A DNA stretch of 64,000 bases from Cyanophora paradoxa CCMP329 (taxonomy: Eukaryota; Plantae; Glaucophyta). Positions within the stretch are counted from its first letter, which is position 1. Each line of letters starts with the position of its first letter. The notes below the pieces were generated by a model. That model made no database searches. It was not told the DNA's origin and saw nothing but the letters and a program-made list of their open reading frames with translations. The stretch spans positions 310,001 to 374,000 of the forward strand of contig QPMI01000039.1 in NCBI GenBank assembly GCA_004431415.1. The letters run 5' to 3'. A program made the translations under genes and the position numbers. This document shows, piece after piece, positions 1-10,789 of this stretch.

Positions 1-306
1 TGCATGCCGCCGATGATGGTCTCTATAATGTGTCAAGGACTCCAGGACCTTGCCGACTTGTGTCGCTGATATTGATATCGATAACAGACGAAGTTGGAGA
101 GCGACAAGCGCGTCGGCGCCATCCGCAACCCCGACAATTCGACCGCCCCAATCGTTTACGTCCCCGGAGCCACGAAGGCGCCGGACGAGGAGTGCGCCCA
201 TTATCGTGTCGTAATTTAAAGCCAGCAGTAGCGTATATCCTTGCTATTTTCTCCTTTAGCTACTTATTTCTATTCATGATCATAACCATGGCGCCGGCAC
301 ATATGC

Positions 307-736
307 ATGCTTATGCTGCTTATGCTGCTCATGCCTCTCGACCTTCGCGGTGAAATCACTCGTAGATCGACCACCACGGAGAACGATCGCGACGATCAAG
401 AAGTAGAGGAGGAGGAAGATCTAGAGGACTTGGAAGATTTTTCAGATGACGTCGGCGGTGGTGATATCGATGAGCTCGAGCCCGCGGCCGCGGCGGTGTA
501 CGAGTCCCACTCGAGCTCGGCGCCGCCGCAAGCTGCATCGATATCGTCACCGCGTACGCGTACGCGTTTGCGTGCCTCGAGGTCGTTTCCCGATGCATCG
601 GCTCCGCCAACTGCGAATTCAGATGAAGTCGACGATGACGTGCCTGTGACCGAGATGAAGCGTAGGCGCCGAATGACAGCGACGCCGCCGCCCCTCAGCT
701 GCGTTTCGCCAATCTCTTCGCCCAAGATGCCGGCGC
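307..736 (+). CDS. Host acidic/low-complexity ORF segment interrupted by the virus (5' part)
   Basis: Open frame runs into the TSD. Joining across the TSD gives in-frame ...KMPAPPSPLASSVDIDDYKHE. The true start is uncertain. Confidence 0.5.
731..736 (+). repeat. Left target-site duplication CGGCGC
   Basis: The same 6-mer directly flanks both termini. A 6-bp TSD is typical of RVE-integrase Polintons. Confidence 0.95.
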
Positions 737-807
737 ACACATAAAGATAAACGTATTTTTAACCCTCGCGTTCCGCTCAGGTTAAAAATACGTTTATCTT
801 TATGTGT
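737..807. repeat. Left terminal hairpin: 28-bp perfect stem, 15-nt loop
   Basis: ACACATAAAGATAAACGTATTTTTAACC (737-764), loop CTCGCGTTCCGCTCA, then GGTTAAAAATACGTTTATCTTTATGTGT (780-807). Confidence 0.95.
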
Positions 808-880
808 GTTAATACATATTTTATATAAATTTAACATGATATTATACATATTTATATGTAATTATCGATGTGAAAATGAT

Positions 881-975
881 AAATTCGATATAACCACGAT
901 TAAGTTTTATGCAAATTCGATATAATCACGATATATTTAATGTAAATCCGATATAATCCCGATTGCGTTTATCGT
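881..975 (+). repeat. Three ~31-32-bp iteron-like tandem repeats in the TIR (AAAT[T/C]CGATATAA[C/T]C[A/C]CGAT...)
   Basis: Units start at 881, 913 and 944; mirrored in the right TIR. Confidence 0.8.
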
Positions 976-1294
976 AAACAACTACAATTTACTGCGTGAT
1001 TCATTTAATGATAAGGTGGGGCGGTGGGGTCTGGTTGGGTCTGTTTTTCGAATTGCTATAAATTTCATGGCGTTCTAAATTTTTCTGAAAAGTGACCCCA
1101 CCACACCCCACCACCCCACCCTATCGATTAATTTATACTTCCACACTTAATTATATGGTAATTTCAATCTAATATATATCAATTTGAATAGTGGAATTGT
1201 TATGTGTTATGGTAATGGTTGGGTGTATGGTGGGGTGTAATCTCTTACGTAATTCAGTGTGGGAATCTCTACGATATAGAAGCGGAAATTAACA

Positions 1295-1361
1295 TGTAAA
1301 TACCGTTAGATCTGTACAGGTTGGGTGTAAATACCGTTAGATCTGTACAATGTGGGTGTAA
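1295..1361 (+). repeat. 31-bp tandem repeat x2 in the TIR (TGTAAATACCGTTAGATCTGTACA...)
   Basis: Units start at 1295 and 1326, with a partial third at 1357. Confidence 0.85.
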
Positions 1362-1904
1362 TCTCTCTCGTATTACAGTGTTAATACTAACATTTTATAT
1401 ATTTATCGATGCGGTGGGGCGGTGGGGTCTGGTGGGGCATGTTTTTGAAATTCATTATTTTTGGGGATCCGCTCAAAATTTTCTTGAAATTTGATCCCAC
1501 CACACCCCACCCTCCCACCCTATCCATTAATTCATACATCACACACTTATTTATATGGTAATTTCAATCTAATATATAGCAATTTGAAAAGTGGGAATGC
1601 TATAAATTATGGTAACGGTGGGGTGTAGGGTGGGGTGTCATTCCTTACTGATTCACGTAAGATTAACTCGGAAACCGCGCTACTCTATGCTTCTCCGCTC
1701 TCTCCAAACCGCTAAACATACACGTTACCCTCTCTTCTATCATCTCCTTTATTACTGATGTCTTACGCTCCGCTTCCGTATTCTTACCATCAATCGTGCG
1801 AAATTCAAAAAGTCCCGTGAGCAACCGAAAATGATTTAAGGAGAACGCGATACATTGGGGTAAGAAGAAAAATATTTTCTCTGTTTCAGATAAGTAAGGA
1901 TCAA

Positions 1905-2516
1905 ATGGCGGTTAATATTAATACGGATCGCATGGCTTACATGTTTAATGACCTCCCGATTTTCGATGAGGGTTTCGAGTCGACGCCGTTTCTTGCGGAA
2001 CTGTTCGATGTCATCTTCTCTATTGATAGTGAGCGAACGCTTTTCTCCTTTATCAACACTTTCTTCAAACCGGAAGACATTATATCTATTGGTTACTTCA
2101 TTGAAGAACCGCATAAGATTGTTATTCGTTCAACTGTTGGGTTTTCCTATGTTAAAATCCATGATTTCTCAATTAAGTATAGCATTGTCGACATTCATCC
2201 CGAAGATGAAGGTGGATATCAACAAATTGTGAATTTCTGGTCTCTTTACCGATGCACTCCGTACTCTCTTAATGATGTTATCAAAACCATAAAGCGTGTA
2301 CAATCTTTCAGACTTCTATATTTTAAGGTTGATCGCAATATGTCCGTTTATAATAAGAAGTTTGAAGAGCATGGCTTGAAGATTACACGTCGTGTTACAC
2401 TGCGGAAATTCTTGAAAGCCAACGGGGCTAAGTGGAGCCGCACCTTTAGAAAGTGGTATATTGAGGAAAACAACCAACTCATCGCTGATATCTTTTCAAT
2501 CGCTCCCCAACGCTAA
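1905..2516 (+). CDS. Viral hypothetical protein with a C-terminal DUF5710-like motif
   Basis: 203 aa; KFLKANGAKWSRTFRKWYI resembles the K.LGA.W...K.WY motif. Confidence 0.6.
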   Translation: MAVNINTDRMAYMFNDLPIFDEGFESTPFLAELFDVIFSIDSERTLFSFINTFFKPEDIISIGYFIEEPHKIVIRSTVGFSYVKIHDFSIKYSIVDIHPEDEGGYQQIVNFWSLYRCTPYSLNDVIKTIKRVQSFRLLYFKVDRNMSVYNKKFEEHGLKITRRVTLRKFLKANGAKWSRTFRKWYIEENNQLIADIFSIAPQR

Positions 2517-3407
2517 AACCTCCAACTGAAACGAATTATCTATACCGTTCATATCAACAAGATCACCGTAATAATCACGAAACTCAACCGTTAACTCACG
2601 AATAATAAGGTCCTTATCTGTTATTTTTACATACTCACTCACTTCTCCCGTGTGATAGATGTATTTCCCGATGTCCTGACTTAATTGTAATCGCAAAATC
2701 GCGCCTTGATTCTGCGGTTGTGATTGTGGGACAATATTATGGTTGGATGCAAACGGTGCAAGTTCTTTGATGTGCATGTATAAATACTGTTCAGCGTTCA
2801 TATCCGCCATCTTTGGACTAACTGCTTTGAACGCCATCGGTGCCGCTACTAATTCTGCTCCTTCAAATGTAACCCCCCATTGTGGGTGATCGGGTGTTAT
2901 TGGCGTTCCTGCATAAAATAAGATGTTTTCCGGAGCATATAAAGACCTGTTACCTTCCAATATTTGTTGCCCGCTAACTAATAGTTGGGTGGTACTGAGA
3001 CCAAGTAATTTTGCGATTCTATTGTTTGCTGCGATGAGTTCAAAAGGGAAATTACAATAAAACTCCAATTTGTATGTAGTTGGGTTATAATAAATCTTAA
3101 ACATTACATTCTCAGTAACGGCATAACTCAAACCGTAATTGTATGGTTGAGTCACTCCGAAATGCCCTTGATTGATATAACCACTCGGTAACGGGAAAAG
3201 TTGCTGATTTAAATAAACGCCATTGACATTATAACTTATGACAATATAATCGGTTCCTATCGAATTATAAATGCTGTTGGGAATCTCTGCATATATGACG
3301 CGACATTCTCGCGGTCTGGTTATTGGTGTTGTGAGTGCAACCTTGTATGAGTTTTCTTTTTGTCCAAATTGTCGATCTCTACTATCGACATTGACAAGTC
3401 GAATCAT
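2496..3407 (-). CDS. Minor capsid (penton, single jelly-roll) protein 1
   Basis: Likely start ATG 3407. N-terminal VNVDSRDR and AEIPNSIYN; C-terminal IRELTVEFRDYYGDLVDMNGIDNSFQLEV, typical of PLV/virophage/NCLDV pentons. Confidence 0.8.
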   Translation of the reverse strand: MIRLVNVDSRDRQFGQKENSYKVALTTPITRPRECRVIYAEIPNSIYNSIGTDYIVISYNVNGVYLNQQLFPLPSGYINQGHFGVTQPYNYGLSYAVTENVMFKIYYNPTTYKLEFYCNFPFELIAANNRIAKLLGLSTTQLLVSGQQILEGNRSLYAPENILFYAGTPITPDHPQWGVTFEGAELVAAPMAFKAVSPKMADMNAEQYLYMHIKELAPFASNHNIVPQSQPQNQGAILRLQLSQDIGKYIYHTGEVSEYVKITDKDLIIRELTVEFRDYYGDLVDMNGIDNSFQLEVLALGSD

Positions 3408-3435
3408 TTTATTATATGAATATAGATTAAAGAAA

Positions 3436-4446
3436 ATGCCCGTGGAATATGTTGAAGTGTCTTCATTCAAACAACTACCTAACCTTGATGCTCCAACATC
3501 GCAATTCATTGCCGATCTCCCTAAAACATTCGATGATGTGAGAGCGGTTCGACTTGTTTCGGCTGAGTTCTATAATTCCATTCCAATCATTAGCGGTGAT
3601 TCGGTCGCTGGTGATGCAACGGTAGAAGATGCCTTCACAATCAATTTCAGTATTGCAAACGCAAACATTAATTCTACAAAAGCACCCGCTCCTGGTTTTG
3701 ATGAGTGGCGAAATATTCGACCCGGTATTGGTCTTGGTCTGAACGTTATTAATACGCATCAAGAACTGGCGGATCGGATTACTGAACTATTCGCTGGAAA
3801 TACACCAAACCCAAATATAGTCTGCAAATGGGACGCTTCTAACAAGAGATTCATATTTCATGCTCCGCATCAATTCTATATTGCATTCGTGACAGATAAA
3901 GACCCAAAGGTATCCGGTGCCGAAGCGGGTAACCGTCGCGCTCGTGTTTTAGGTCTTGATGCCGGACGTAGAGGAAACCGATATATCAAATCGAGTGTTT
4001 ACACTGCTCAAACAGATCCCGTATTTACAGGTGCAAATGTACATGGGATCATTTCAACTTTCCCAACTGAAACGTGTAAGGATAATGTAATATTTGTGAG
4101 AGTAAAAGAACTTGGTGACCTCATCCAATGCGCCGATGGTCTTCTCACTGGATATTTTCATAAGTTGACTGTTCAAGATAAAAATTTCGCTGAACACATA
4201 ATATATAATTCGACGGAAGCAAACCCGCTGTATAAATACTATAATAAGAAAATGTCACTATCGCAACTGTCGGTAGATATAGTGAATTCTCAGAATCAAT
4301 TAATAGATTTCGAAGGTCAGCCTGTGCATCTGACATTCGAGATCCGCTATGGCGATGAACCCGCCGGTGATCCCGTTTATGAATATTTCAAAATGAGAAT
4401 GAGAGAAACCCACCCCTTCTATCCAAATATTGCCGGATTTGCGTAA
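3436..4446 (+). CDS. Minor capsid (penton) protein 2
   Basis: Likely start ATG 3436. LPKTFDDVRAVRLVSAEFYNS and C-terminal LSQLSVDIVNSQNQLIDFEGQPVHLTFEI follow the penton pattern. Confidence 0.78.
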   Translation: MPVEYVEVSSFKQLPNLDAPTSQFIADLPKTFDDVRAVRLVSAEFYNSIPIISGDSVAGDATVEDAFTINFSIANANINSTKAPAPGFDEWRNIRPGIGLGLNVINTHQELADRITELFAGNTPNPNIVCKWDASNKRFIFHAPHQFYIAFVTDKDPKVSGAEAGNRRARVLGLDAGRRGNRYIKSSVYTAQTDPVFTGANVHGIISTFPTETCKDNVIFVRVKELGDLIQCADGLLTGYFHKLTVQDKNFAEHIIYNSTEANPLYKYYNKKMSLSQLSVDIVNSQNQLIDFEGQPVHLTFEIRYGDEPAGDPVYEYFKMRMRETHPFYPNIAGFA

Positions 4447-4498
4447 ATTAAGGATCATTCACAGAATTTTTATATTTCTCTATTGTAAAAGAGAAATC

Positions 4499-5896
4499 AT
4501 GGATGTCACTACAACTCTTCAACGTCTTTCCCTCAAAGAGGCGCTAACCACGCCCGAAGAGGCAAAAGCGTTTTTCCTCGATAACTCGCTCATGCTCGGT
4601 CTGGAAGCGAAGACGAAACCCGTTCTCGTAACCGTTAGTCCATCAACAACCTACGATAACAACGTTGGTCAACGCGTTTCTTTCAAACTTCCCCGCTACA
4701 ATTTCATCGGTAAAATCGAACTCGCTTTTGATCTTCCCGAACTAACCGCTTTCGAAGGCGATACTGACCTTGTGCGAAACGGTTACACTCGCCCCGTCGG
4801 TTCGCTTGTGCAACGCCTTGAAATCTCTTACGGTTCTTACACTTTCCACGTCCCGTCAGATTTCCTGGCGATTTTCCCGCTGGTCTACTATTCAGAGGAT
4901 CAGTTGGCGAAAAAGAAGCGTTCTATGGGAATGCTCCACGGTATTCCCGCTCACGGAACCAACCGTAAAGGTGGCGCTTTCTTTGTTGAGATCCCGGTAC
5001 CGTGGTTAAACAGTTACCTACCACTCGGTGCGCTCTCGGGTGAGATGGTTGTTACTGTTTGGTTCAAAGAAGCTAACAAGGGTTACCTTGAAACTTCTTA
5101 TGGCGGTCGCGCTCTTCCGGTTGTTGGTGCTGCTGCGGATCAAACCGAAAATGATGGTCTCGGCTCAGCTACTGGTGTAACTCTTGCTAATGTTGGTCAA
5201 AACATCACCACTGGTACTATTACTGGGTTCGAAGTTGCTGGAACTATTCCACCAATGACCCATTACATCTCCATTAAGTCTCCTCGCCTTTACATGCATG
5301 CTATCAATGTTTCCGATGAACTGTTCGCTACGGTTATTGAGAAGGTCAAGACTACCGGTATGGCGATTCCATCACTCGACATTGGTTTCGTCGATGTCAC
5401 CGGTCTTGCTGCGAAAGGTAACACTCAACCCAACCGAATTAACCTTAGCCAAATCTCCGGTCTGGTTTATGCTCTTCTTGTCTCTGTCCGTGATGATGGA
5501 GGTATCGATTCTTCTAACGGTTCTCACAGCGTCCTTAAAACGCTTGCGAATGAGAAGGATATCACGATGACTTGTGAGATCAACGGACAGCGTCTTTATT
5601 CCACGGAGCCAATCCCGCTACTCAAAGGTGCGGAACTCATCGCCGATGCCTTCAAATGCTCGAACATGGACAAAGAAGCAAACCGTTACGTTCTTACAGG
5701 TCTACCTTTCTGCGCTGACGGTGAGAAGGCGATTCGCAATATCGCACAGAGTGGATATGTTGACCTTACGAACTCGTCGTCATCGTTCCTAACTCTGTAT
5801 CTCCCTGCCGATCGCACAATTACTGTTAACGTTCGCGCTCTCATGCACAGTTTCATAATTTGTGACCGCGATGGAATTCGTAGAATTAATATGTAA
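4499..5896 (+). CDS. Major capsid protein (double jelly-roll), copy 1
   Basis: 465 aa from ATG 4499. GQRVSFKLPRYNFIGKIELAFDLP, LVQRLEISYG and FVEIPVPWLNSYLPLGAL resemble DJR MCP motifs. Lies between the penton and ATPase genes. Confidence 0.85.
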   Translation: MDVTTTLQRLSLKEALTTPEEAKAFFLDNSLMLGLEAKTKPVLVTVSPSTTYDNNVGQRVSFKLPRYNFIGKIELAFDLPELTAFEGDTDLVRNGYTRPVGSLVQRLEISYGSYTFHVPSDFLAIFPLVYYSEDQLAKKKRSMGMLHGIPAHGTNRKGGAFFVEIPVPWLNSYLPLGALSGEMVVTVWFKEANKGYLETSYGGRALPVVGAAADQTENDGLGSATGVTLANVGQNITTGTITGFEVAGTIPPMTHYISIKSPRLYMHAINVSDELFATVIEKVKTTGMAIPSLDIGFVDVTGLAAKGNTQPNRINLSQISGLVYALLVSVRDDGGIDSSNGSHSVLKTLANEKDITMTCEINGQRLYSTEPIPLLKGAELIADAFKCSNMDKEANRYVLTGLPFCADGEKAIRNIAQSGYVDLTNSSSSFLTLYLPADRTITVNVRALMHSFIICDRDGIRRINM

Positions 5897-5956
5897 ACCA
5901 TTATTAGTAAGATATCGTTATTTTTATCTATCTTTATTAAGAAGATCTACAACACC

Positions 5957-6739
5957 ATGGATGATGTCCCCGAATTTAACGCTGGGGAAATGATAAAACC
6001 ACCTTTTCGCGTCCTCGCAATCGGAAAATCAGCTACGGGCAAGTCAGAAGCGGTAAAGTATTGGTTAAAGCAACTTCACGATGCAAAAAAGATAGATGTG
6101 GTTCTCGTTGTAAGTGGGACATCATTCAATCATTTTTGGAGAGAAGTTGCAACGTTGGAACTCGGTAAATGGGATGCGCCTTACATCGCTAAACTTCTCG
6201 ATGAAAGACAAGAGAAAATAGAGAAAGGAGAACCCGTTAACCAATTGTGTGTAGTTCTCGATGATCTTATAGATAATGAGATAGTCGATCTAACCCGCGA
6301 CAAAATAATTGGCTCTCTTTACAGTCGTGGGCGCCATTCGAAAATTTCGATTATTTGCATAACTCAGAAACTGCGTAAGGTTTCTTCAACCATTCGCGTT
6401 AATTCGGATTATGCGATGTTTCTTAGCGCCGCCAATCGCAAAGAACTGGAAGCGATTGAAGAAGAATACAATATTATGCGGGATAAAGACGCTTTCTATA
6501 AGATGTTTGAGGAGTATGTACATTCCTATCAGTTTCTCATATGGTCATCCGCTGATTATTCGGTAAAGTATTATGTAGATAAAGCGGAACTGGTTAAAAA
6601 CTTTGGATTCCCACGGTTTCATCGGAAGCCCAAAAAGAAAGAAGATGAATTACAACCGCCACAGAAAGAAGAAGCGCCAAAAGAGATTAAAAGCGCTGTT
6701 CATACTAATAAGTTGATGCGATATAAGAGTGGACTTTAA
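5957..6739 (+). CDS. A32-like (FtsK-HerA) genome packaging ATPase, copy 1
   Basis: Walker A GKSATGKS, Walker B VVLDD, and SRGRHSKISIICITQ. Confidence 0.92.
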   Translation: MDDVPEFNAGEMIKPPFRVLAIGKSATGKSEAVKYWLKQLHDAKKIDVVLVVSGTSFNHFWREVATLELGKWDAPYIAKLLDERQEKIEKGEPVNQLCVVLDDLIDNEIVDLTRDKIIGSLYSRGRHSKISIICITQKLRKVSSTIRVNSDYAMFLSAANRKELEAIEEEYNIMRDKDAFYKMFEEYVHSYQFLIWSSADYSVKYYVDKAELVKNFGFPRFHRKPKKKEDELQPPQKEEAPKEIKSAVHTNKLMRYKSGL

Positions 6740-6767
6740 AATTATCTTCATTATTATTAAAGATACA

Positions 6768-7451
6768 ATGCCGCCGAAACGTAGAGGTGTTCCCGCTGGT
6801 GCTATTTCATATTCTGGCGGTGAAAGTTATGGATCTCTCAATACTACACCAATGAAATTTGACGGAGTCAATCAAGTAAAAGCAACTCAACAAGAAGAAG
6901 ACCCTTTAAATGCCGCTTATGAAGAAGCGCCCGGCGATAAAGCGCCTCAAACATCACAAAGTGATCAGTTGAACATCTCCCCCGAAGTCTCGAAGATGAA
7001 GGCGGTCGGTGAAGGTGCGCGTCGGATTATCGGTGCTGCCGATGATCGTGAACTTGGTCTACAAGATCTTGCACTTGTCCGCAAAGGGCAAGGTGTTTCG
7101 AAAGAATCGGACAAAGTTATTCAATCGATGGCGGGTGAAGTAACTTACAAGGTTGCACCAACTCAAAACATCCACCGAATCCCGAAGGCTCAATGGGACG
7201 AAATGACCGCTAAACTAAAAGACCTTGAAGCAAAGTCAAGCGCGCTTGAACAGTATGTAACAGAGAAGAAAGAACGCGCTAAAATTAAGGAGATGCTGCG
7301 TAAAGAAGTTTTCCGAATGGGAATAACTGGTGTTCCCGATAAACAATTCATTGGTAAGAAGGAGACTCAAATTGATGAGCAAGCGGTAGATGAAATGAAG
7401 ACAAAGACACAAAAGGAACCATTGAACCTGGCGCAACCAAAGCGGAAGTAG
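6768..7451 (+). CDS. Viral hypothetical protein, copy 1 (C-terminus shifted by a 1-bp indel relative to copy 2)
   Basis: Starts MPPKRRG; charged, coiled-coil-like C-terminal half. Confidence 0.65.
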   Translation: MPPKRRGVPAGAISYSGGESYGSLNTTPMKFDGVNQVKATQQEEDPLNAAYEEAPGDKAPQTSQSDQLNISPEVSKMKAVGEGARRIIGAADDRELGLQDLALVRKGQGVSKESDKVIQSMAGEVTYKVAPTQNIHRIPKAQWDEMTAKLKDLEAKSSALEQYVTEKKERAKIKEMLRKEVFRMGITGVPDKQFIGKKETQIDEQAVDEMKTKTQKEPLNLAQPKRK

Positions 7452-7524
7452 AGAAAGCCGTAGCACCAACAGTATACAAGCGGAGAGTTTGGTTATAAAT
7501 ATATATCTTTTAAAGAGGAAATCA

Positions 7525-7773
7525 ATGGACTTTTTACAAAAGATCATAGAGATGTTTAATCTCCATGTGGTAAGCAACTGTCACAGTGGATGCTGTGATA
7601 CAACAGTAGAAGTAGGTTTCTCAGATACCGAAGATAATGTGACGGAAGGTAGAGGATCCCGGAGACATTCGGTAGACTCCACCCATTCAGAACCGGCTTC
7701 AAATGGTCGCCGGTTTTCCGTAGATCAAAGCGATGATTTACGAAGACAAGCGTTTGAACATCGCGGTAATTAA
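7525..7773 (+). CDS. Small viral protein with a CHSGCC motif, copy 1
   Basis: 82 aa from ATG 7525 after an AT-rich leader. Confidence 0.55.
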   Translation: MDFLQKIIEMFNLHVVSNCHSGCCDTTVEVGFSDTEDNVTEGRGSRRHSVDSTHSEPASNGRRFSVDQSDDLRRQAFEHRGN

Positions 7774-7975
7774 AATATTTGTAATAAGTATCGAATAATG
7801 CTTGAAGAAGTCTACAATATCATCTTAGCGAAACGTCAGATTTATGCCGTTAAATCTGCAATTGAAGAACGTAGACAGTAGCTTGTCCGGTCGCCAAAAA
7901 TTGACAACCCAAAAAGGATTTAAAGGTACTGCGATATTACACACTGATAAAATATTTTCTCTGCTTAAAATAAGG

Positions 7976-8239
7976 ATGGCTGCGTTTGCCGATGATGTTA
8001 GCGTTGTTGAACTTGAATTTGATAGCGACGAATCCATGGACTCTCCAACTGAGAAAACTAAAACAAGCGCTGACGGTATCAGTTATAGAATCCGTAAGAT
8101 CATTGCTCAACGCAATAGATATAATGAGGATGCGGAATATCGTGAACTGAAAAAGAAGAAGGTATTAGAAGCGTATTACCGACGTAAAGCGGAGGAGGGA
8201 ACCAATATGGGAAAGCGTGGAAGACCGCGCAAGTATTGA
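7976..8239 (+). CDS. Small basic protein with a C-terminal AT-hook, copy 1
   Basis: Ends KRGRPRKY; preceded by the AAAATATTTTCTCTG motif. Confidence 0.65.
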   Translation: MAAFADDVSVVELEFDSDESMDSPTEKTKTSADGISYRIRKIIAQRNRYNEDAEYRELKKKKVLEAYYRRKAEEGTNMGKRGRPRKY

Positions 8240-8452
8240 ATAGAAAACCCCCAATTGCCGCTGGACATCATTTCTTATTTTTCGAGCGGCTTACCGATTA
8301 TATTCGGTAATTCCGTTACCATTTCTCGATTGCCCCGATTTAATCGATTTAATTCCCGATACGGAGGAAAAAGTATTTAAAGACAAGGCGCCAAAAAATG
8401 ACAAGGAAGAAAAATATTTTCTCAACCTATTGTAGAAAAGAGAAAGTTGAAA

Positions 8453-10160
8453 ATGACCCCATCGGACAAGCTCGGCAATCTGCGCAAGTTTACCCCTGGA
8501 AAGGTAACATCTGGTATGTTTCTTAAAAATGTCAAAGCATCTCGAGATGCTGATAATCTCATGGAACTGGATGATGATGTTATTATTGATCGTATCAATA
8601 AGAGTTTGAAAAAACGACTGCATCCGACATGGGCTGAATGGCTCCAACTTGATCAGGTGACACGGGTTTATCTTGATCTCGATCGGTTCGTGGATTTGAA
8701 GCCCAACCTTGAAGACAACTACAAGGAAGCGGAAGAAACCGTTAGAGTATTGCGTGAGAAATTACATGATCTGACCGGCGCTACTATTGCTGTATCTGTT
8801 CGTCATCGTCGTGTTCGCCTTCTAAAAGAAGATGTTGACAAATTCAAGGTCTCTGCCCATTTCGTTTTCACTGATCTATGTTGTCGCCATGAAGATATCC
8901 CAAAACTCTTTACTGAAATGGGTCTTGAGAAAAATGTAGAATTTGACAGTGGAGTTTACGGTTCACCACAGAATCTTGTGTGTCTTGGATGCTGCAAGGG
9001 GGAAAAAGTAGATTTGGAGAACACTCGGGCGCGCGATATTGATAAGAACGTTCTATTTACTAAGTTTGTCGATTGCAAGGATATGCATGATAGTGATTTC
9101 TTCGTTCAATTTACCGATTGCCCCACATTGCTGGTGGACAAGACAAACTTTCACGTCTTCTCAGTGAACAAAACAGAGAAGAAGGAAGCGGAGCCGAAGA
9201 AGGAAGCCGAACCAAAGAAGGAAGCGAAGCCGAAGAAGGAAACCAAGAAAACCACTAAAAACGAAGCTGCGAAAGAAGAGGTTGAAGATGAAGAGAAAGG
9301 TGGAGAAATTACATTTGATCTTATGTACGGAGTTGTAATGGGTCTGAGTGCTGAACGCGCCGATACCTACAAATCCTGGATTGATACAGGTATTGCAATC
9401 ATCAATGCTTGCGAAGACAACAAGATACCACGTAAACAGCAATTTGAGATATTCCATGACTTCTCACAAAAAAGTGAAAAGTTTGATTACGACGAATGCA
9501 ATGACAAGTTCATGAGTCTTTGCAAAGGCAAGAAGATGGTGGAAGGCAAACGGCTAACGTACGGTTCGCTGGTCTATTGGTTGAAAAAGGATGATATCGA
9601 ACTTTATAATGAGTTGTTTCCCACCAAGTATGCATTCTTGCCCGAAGATTCCGACGACATTGATTATAAGACCGCAAAGATCCCACCAATCGTTGAGGAT
9701 TACGCTACGCATCGCCTTTACTTCAATGCGAGAATGCACCACATTGAAATGCTGGGTATTGTGATGCATTGGGATGAACAACAGCTTGCGTGGATCCCGA
9801 AAGATAGCCAAAAACTCGGCTCCAAACACTATCCACACCTGATGCATAAAATCGTTCTGAACAAGGAACCGAGAAGGAAGTTGAGAAATGGATTCCCTCA
9901 TTTCCGGAATGGATCAAAGACCCACAGGCGACACGTTCCATGTACGTGGATTTCCTCCCGCCTCCGGCTAAACTGAGCGCCAAATGCAAATCTGTGTTTA
10001 ATCTGTATCCTGGCTTTAAGATTGATCATGAGGTAGATGAAATCAAGGAATCACTACCGGAAGATGTGACCGAAGATATGATTAAGCCGTTTCTCACACA
10101 TCTTCACCTGATGTCGGGAGAAGACGATAACACATACCAATACCTTCTTAAATGGTTCGC
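8453..10160 (+). pseudogene. Truncated primase-helicase (copy 1), cut before Walker A by the duplication junction
   Basis: Matches 14742..16450 apart from a 1-bp indel near 9865, then switches to penton-2 sequence at 10161. Confidence 0.85.
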
Positions 10161-10789
10161 ATCAATTCTATATTGCATTCGTGACAGATAAAGACCCAAA
10201 GGTATCCGGTGCCGAAGCGGGTAACCGTCGCGCTCGTGTTTTAGGTCTTGATGCCGGACGTAGAGGAAACCGATATATCAAATCGAGTGTTTACACTGCT
10301 CAAACAGATCCCGTATTTACAGGTGCAAATGTACATGGGATCATTTCAACTTTCCCAACTGAAACGTGTAAGGATAATGTAATATTTGTGAGAGTAAAAG
10401 AACTTGGTGACCTCATCCAATGCGCCGATGGTCTTCTCACTGGATATTTTCATAAGTTGACTGTTCAAGATAAAAATTTCGCTGAACACATAATATATAA
10501 TTCGACGGAAGCAAACCCGCTGTATAAATACTATAATAAGAAAATGTCACTATCGCAACTGTCGGTAGATATAGTGAATTCTCAGAATCAATTAATAGAT
10601 TTCGAAGGTCAGCCTGTGCATCTGACATTCGAGATCCGCTATGGCGATGAACCCGCCGGTGATCCCGTTTATGAATATTTCAAAATGAGAATGAGAGAAA
10701 CCCACCCTTCTATCCAAATATTGCCGGATTTGCGTAAATTAAGGATCATTCACAGAATTTTTATATTTCTCTATTGTAAAAGAGAAATC

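Larger units (their letters stand above)
737..1780 (+). repeat. Left terminal inverted repeat (1,044 bp)
   Basis: Reverse complement of 33530..34573. The match ends at ...CGCTTCCGTA(1780). One mismatch noticed at 1495. Confidence 0.95.

Noticed and set aside
1663-1910. Second decarboxylase-like gene on the minus strand of the left end
   Set aside because: Only the last 38 codons are present, with no in-frame ATG before an upstream stop and no catalytic ES motif.
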